A stretch of 13,644 nt of DNA from an uncultured Gammaproteobacteria bacterium (lineage in GTDB: Bacteria > Patescibacteriota > Microgenomatia > Daviesbacterales > UBA10151), in the NCBI GenBank assembly GCA_964522265.1, contig CAZFVS010000018.1:1-13644 (forward strand), written 5' to 3'. A program made the position numbers and the translations under genes. The first letter of the stretch is position 1, and every line of letters begins with the position of its first letter. Below the pieces are notes generated by a model that did not search any database, was not told where the DNA came from, and worked only from the letters and a program-made list of their open reading frames with translations. Below are positions 12,423 through 13,644 of the stretch, one piece after another.

Positions 12423-13644
12423 ATGGAAAAGCTTGTATTTCCTGAAAAGTTTTTTTGGGGGGTTGCCACATCAGCTTATCAAATTGAAGGGGCTGTTTCT
12501 GAGGATGGTAAGGGCGAGTCTATTTGGGATAAATTCTCTCATACCCCAGGGAAAATTAAAGATTCATCAACAGCTGATATAGCCTGTGATCATTACCACA
12601 GATACCTTGAGGATATTGAGCTTATGAAAGAGCTGGGAGTAAATTCCTATAGATTCTCTATTTCCTGGCCAAGAATTCTCCCTTCTGGATATGATAAGGT
12701 AAACCAAAAAGGGCTTGATTTTTATGACAGACTAACAGATTCACTTCTAAAAGCTGGAATTACCCCATTTGCCACCCTCTATCATTGGGATCTTCCCCAA
12801 AACCTTGAGTATAAAGGTGGATGGACAAATAGAATAACCCCATTTTATTTTTCAAATTATTCAGATATTGTCAGCAAAAAACTTGGGGATAGAATAAAGC
12901 ATTGGATAACTTTAAATGAGCCCTTGTGTTCCTCTATGCTGGGTTATTATGAAGGTATACATGCCCCAGGAGAAAAGGATCTAAAAAAAGCCCTCCAAGC
13001 CTCCCACAACCTACTTTTAGCTCATGGTCTCTCGCTTTCCTCTATCAGATTAAACTCTCCTGATAGTGAGGCAGGTATAGCCTTAAATTTATACCCTGTT
13101 TACCCCAAAACAGTTCTTTTAAAAGATGGTAAAGCTGCATCTAACTGTGATGGTTATATGAATAGATGGTTTTTAGATCCTTTGTATAAGGGTAGTTATC
13201 CACAAGATTTGTTGGAAATATATGGGAGCTATTTTTCTCAAATTATGCCCTATGATTTAAAAATTATCTCAGCTAAAACAGATTTTTTGGGTGTAAATTA
13301 TTACACCTCTGCCTGGGTTGAATATTCAAATTCAAATCCTCCTTTAAATTTTTCTTTTTCAACCCCAAAATGGGTTCAAAAAACAAACTTTGGTTGGGCT
13401 ATCTACCCAAAAGGACTAAGCGAGGTTTTAGAAAGGTTAAAAGCCTTTGATATTAAAAAGATTTATATCACAGAGAATGGTGCAGCTTTTAAAGATAAGC
13501 TCATTGCTGGTAGGGTTAAGGATAACAAAAGATTAAAGTTCCTCAGGGATCATCTAAAGGTTTTAAGTCAGTCTATACAAAATGGTTCACCTGTTGAAGG
13601 TTTTTTATTGTGGTCCTTCATGGATAACTTTGAATGGCAAGAAG
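12423..13644 (+). CDS. GH1 family beta-glucosidase, 3' end outside the window
   Basis: Not in the ORF track because it has no stop in the window. My hand translation is open from ATG 12423 to the end. Contains FPEKFFWGVATSAYQIEGA, RFSISWPRI, the acid/base ITLNEP (Glu codon 12918-12920), the nucleophile ITENGAA (Glu codon 13473-13475), and WSFMDNFEW at the very end. Confidence 0.93.
   Translation, partial: MEKLVFPEKFFWGVATSAYQIEGAVSEDGKGESIWDKFSHTPGKIKDSSTADIACDHYHRYLEDIELMKELGVNSYRFSISWPRILPSGYDKVNQKGLDFYDRLTDSLLKAGITPFATLYHWDLPQNLEYKGGWTNRITPFYFSNYSDIVSKKLGDRIKHWITLNEPLCSSMLGYYEGIHAPGEKDLKKALQASHNLLLAHGLSLSSIRLNSPDSEAGIALNLYPVYPKTVLLKDGKAASNCDGYMNRWFLDPLYKGSYPQDLLEIYGSYFSQIMPYDLKIISAKTDFLGVNYYTSAWVEYSNSNPPLNFSFSTPKWVQKTNFGWAIYPKGLSEVLERLKAFDIKKIYITENGAAFKDKLIAGRVKDNKRLKFLRDHLKVLSQSIQNGSPVEGFLLWSFMDNFEWQE

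Noticed and set aside
12447-12461. T7G6 homopolymer pair inside the GH1 gene as a possible slippage or phase-variation site
   Set aside because: It encodes the conserved FFWG(V/T)A segment of GH1 enzymes and the frame is intact. There is no evidence of variation.
1-13644. Alternative genetic code (UGA recoding, as in some candidate phyla)
   Set aside because: Several well-defined genes end at TGA exactly where expected:
- the LPKTG protein, right after its basic tail;
- bdbC, with an ATGA overlap;
- the FdtA-like gene.

No family-recognisable ORF is interrupted by in-frame TGA.

Overview
AT-rich bacterial chromosomal window. All family calls are by-eye motif recognition; no searches were run. 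Gene content and style fit a small-genome, monoderm-like lineage such as CPR/Patescibacteria, but that is inference only. Standard genetic code: genes end sensibly at TGA.

Left to right:
- 3' end of a GH5-like hydrolase.
- An LPKTG surface protein with its sortase.
- A GC-rich mini-gene.
- A membrane protein and an FdtA/WxcM-like sugar ketoisomerase.
- A candidate orphan sRNA.
- A minus-strand envelope-glycosylation block (SDR, GT-C/GT39-like, GT2).
- A BdbC-BdbD-IspD-like operon.
- A class II Fic gene bracketed by direct repeats.
- A coiled-coil hypothetical and a DUF1003 membrane protein.
- tRNA-Gln(CUG) with its 3' end repeated three times.
- Three ORFs of unknown function, then a 3'-truncated GH1 beta-glucosidase.

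No CRISPR array, transposase, integrase or recognisable defence enzyme is visible. No multi-gene novel system can be supported.

Items most worth follow-up:
1. Two autonomous GC-rich transcription units in AT-rich surroundings (1621-1921 and 2933-3146). Each has a near-consensus TTGACA / TGnTATATT promoter and a strong intrinsic terminator.
2. The tRNA-Gln 3'-end triplication, which coincides with a codon-usage shift.
3. A duplicated promoter module flanking a two-gene unknown cassette.
4. Operator-like direct repeats at both ends of fic.
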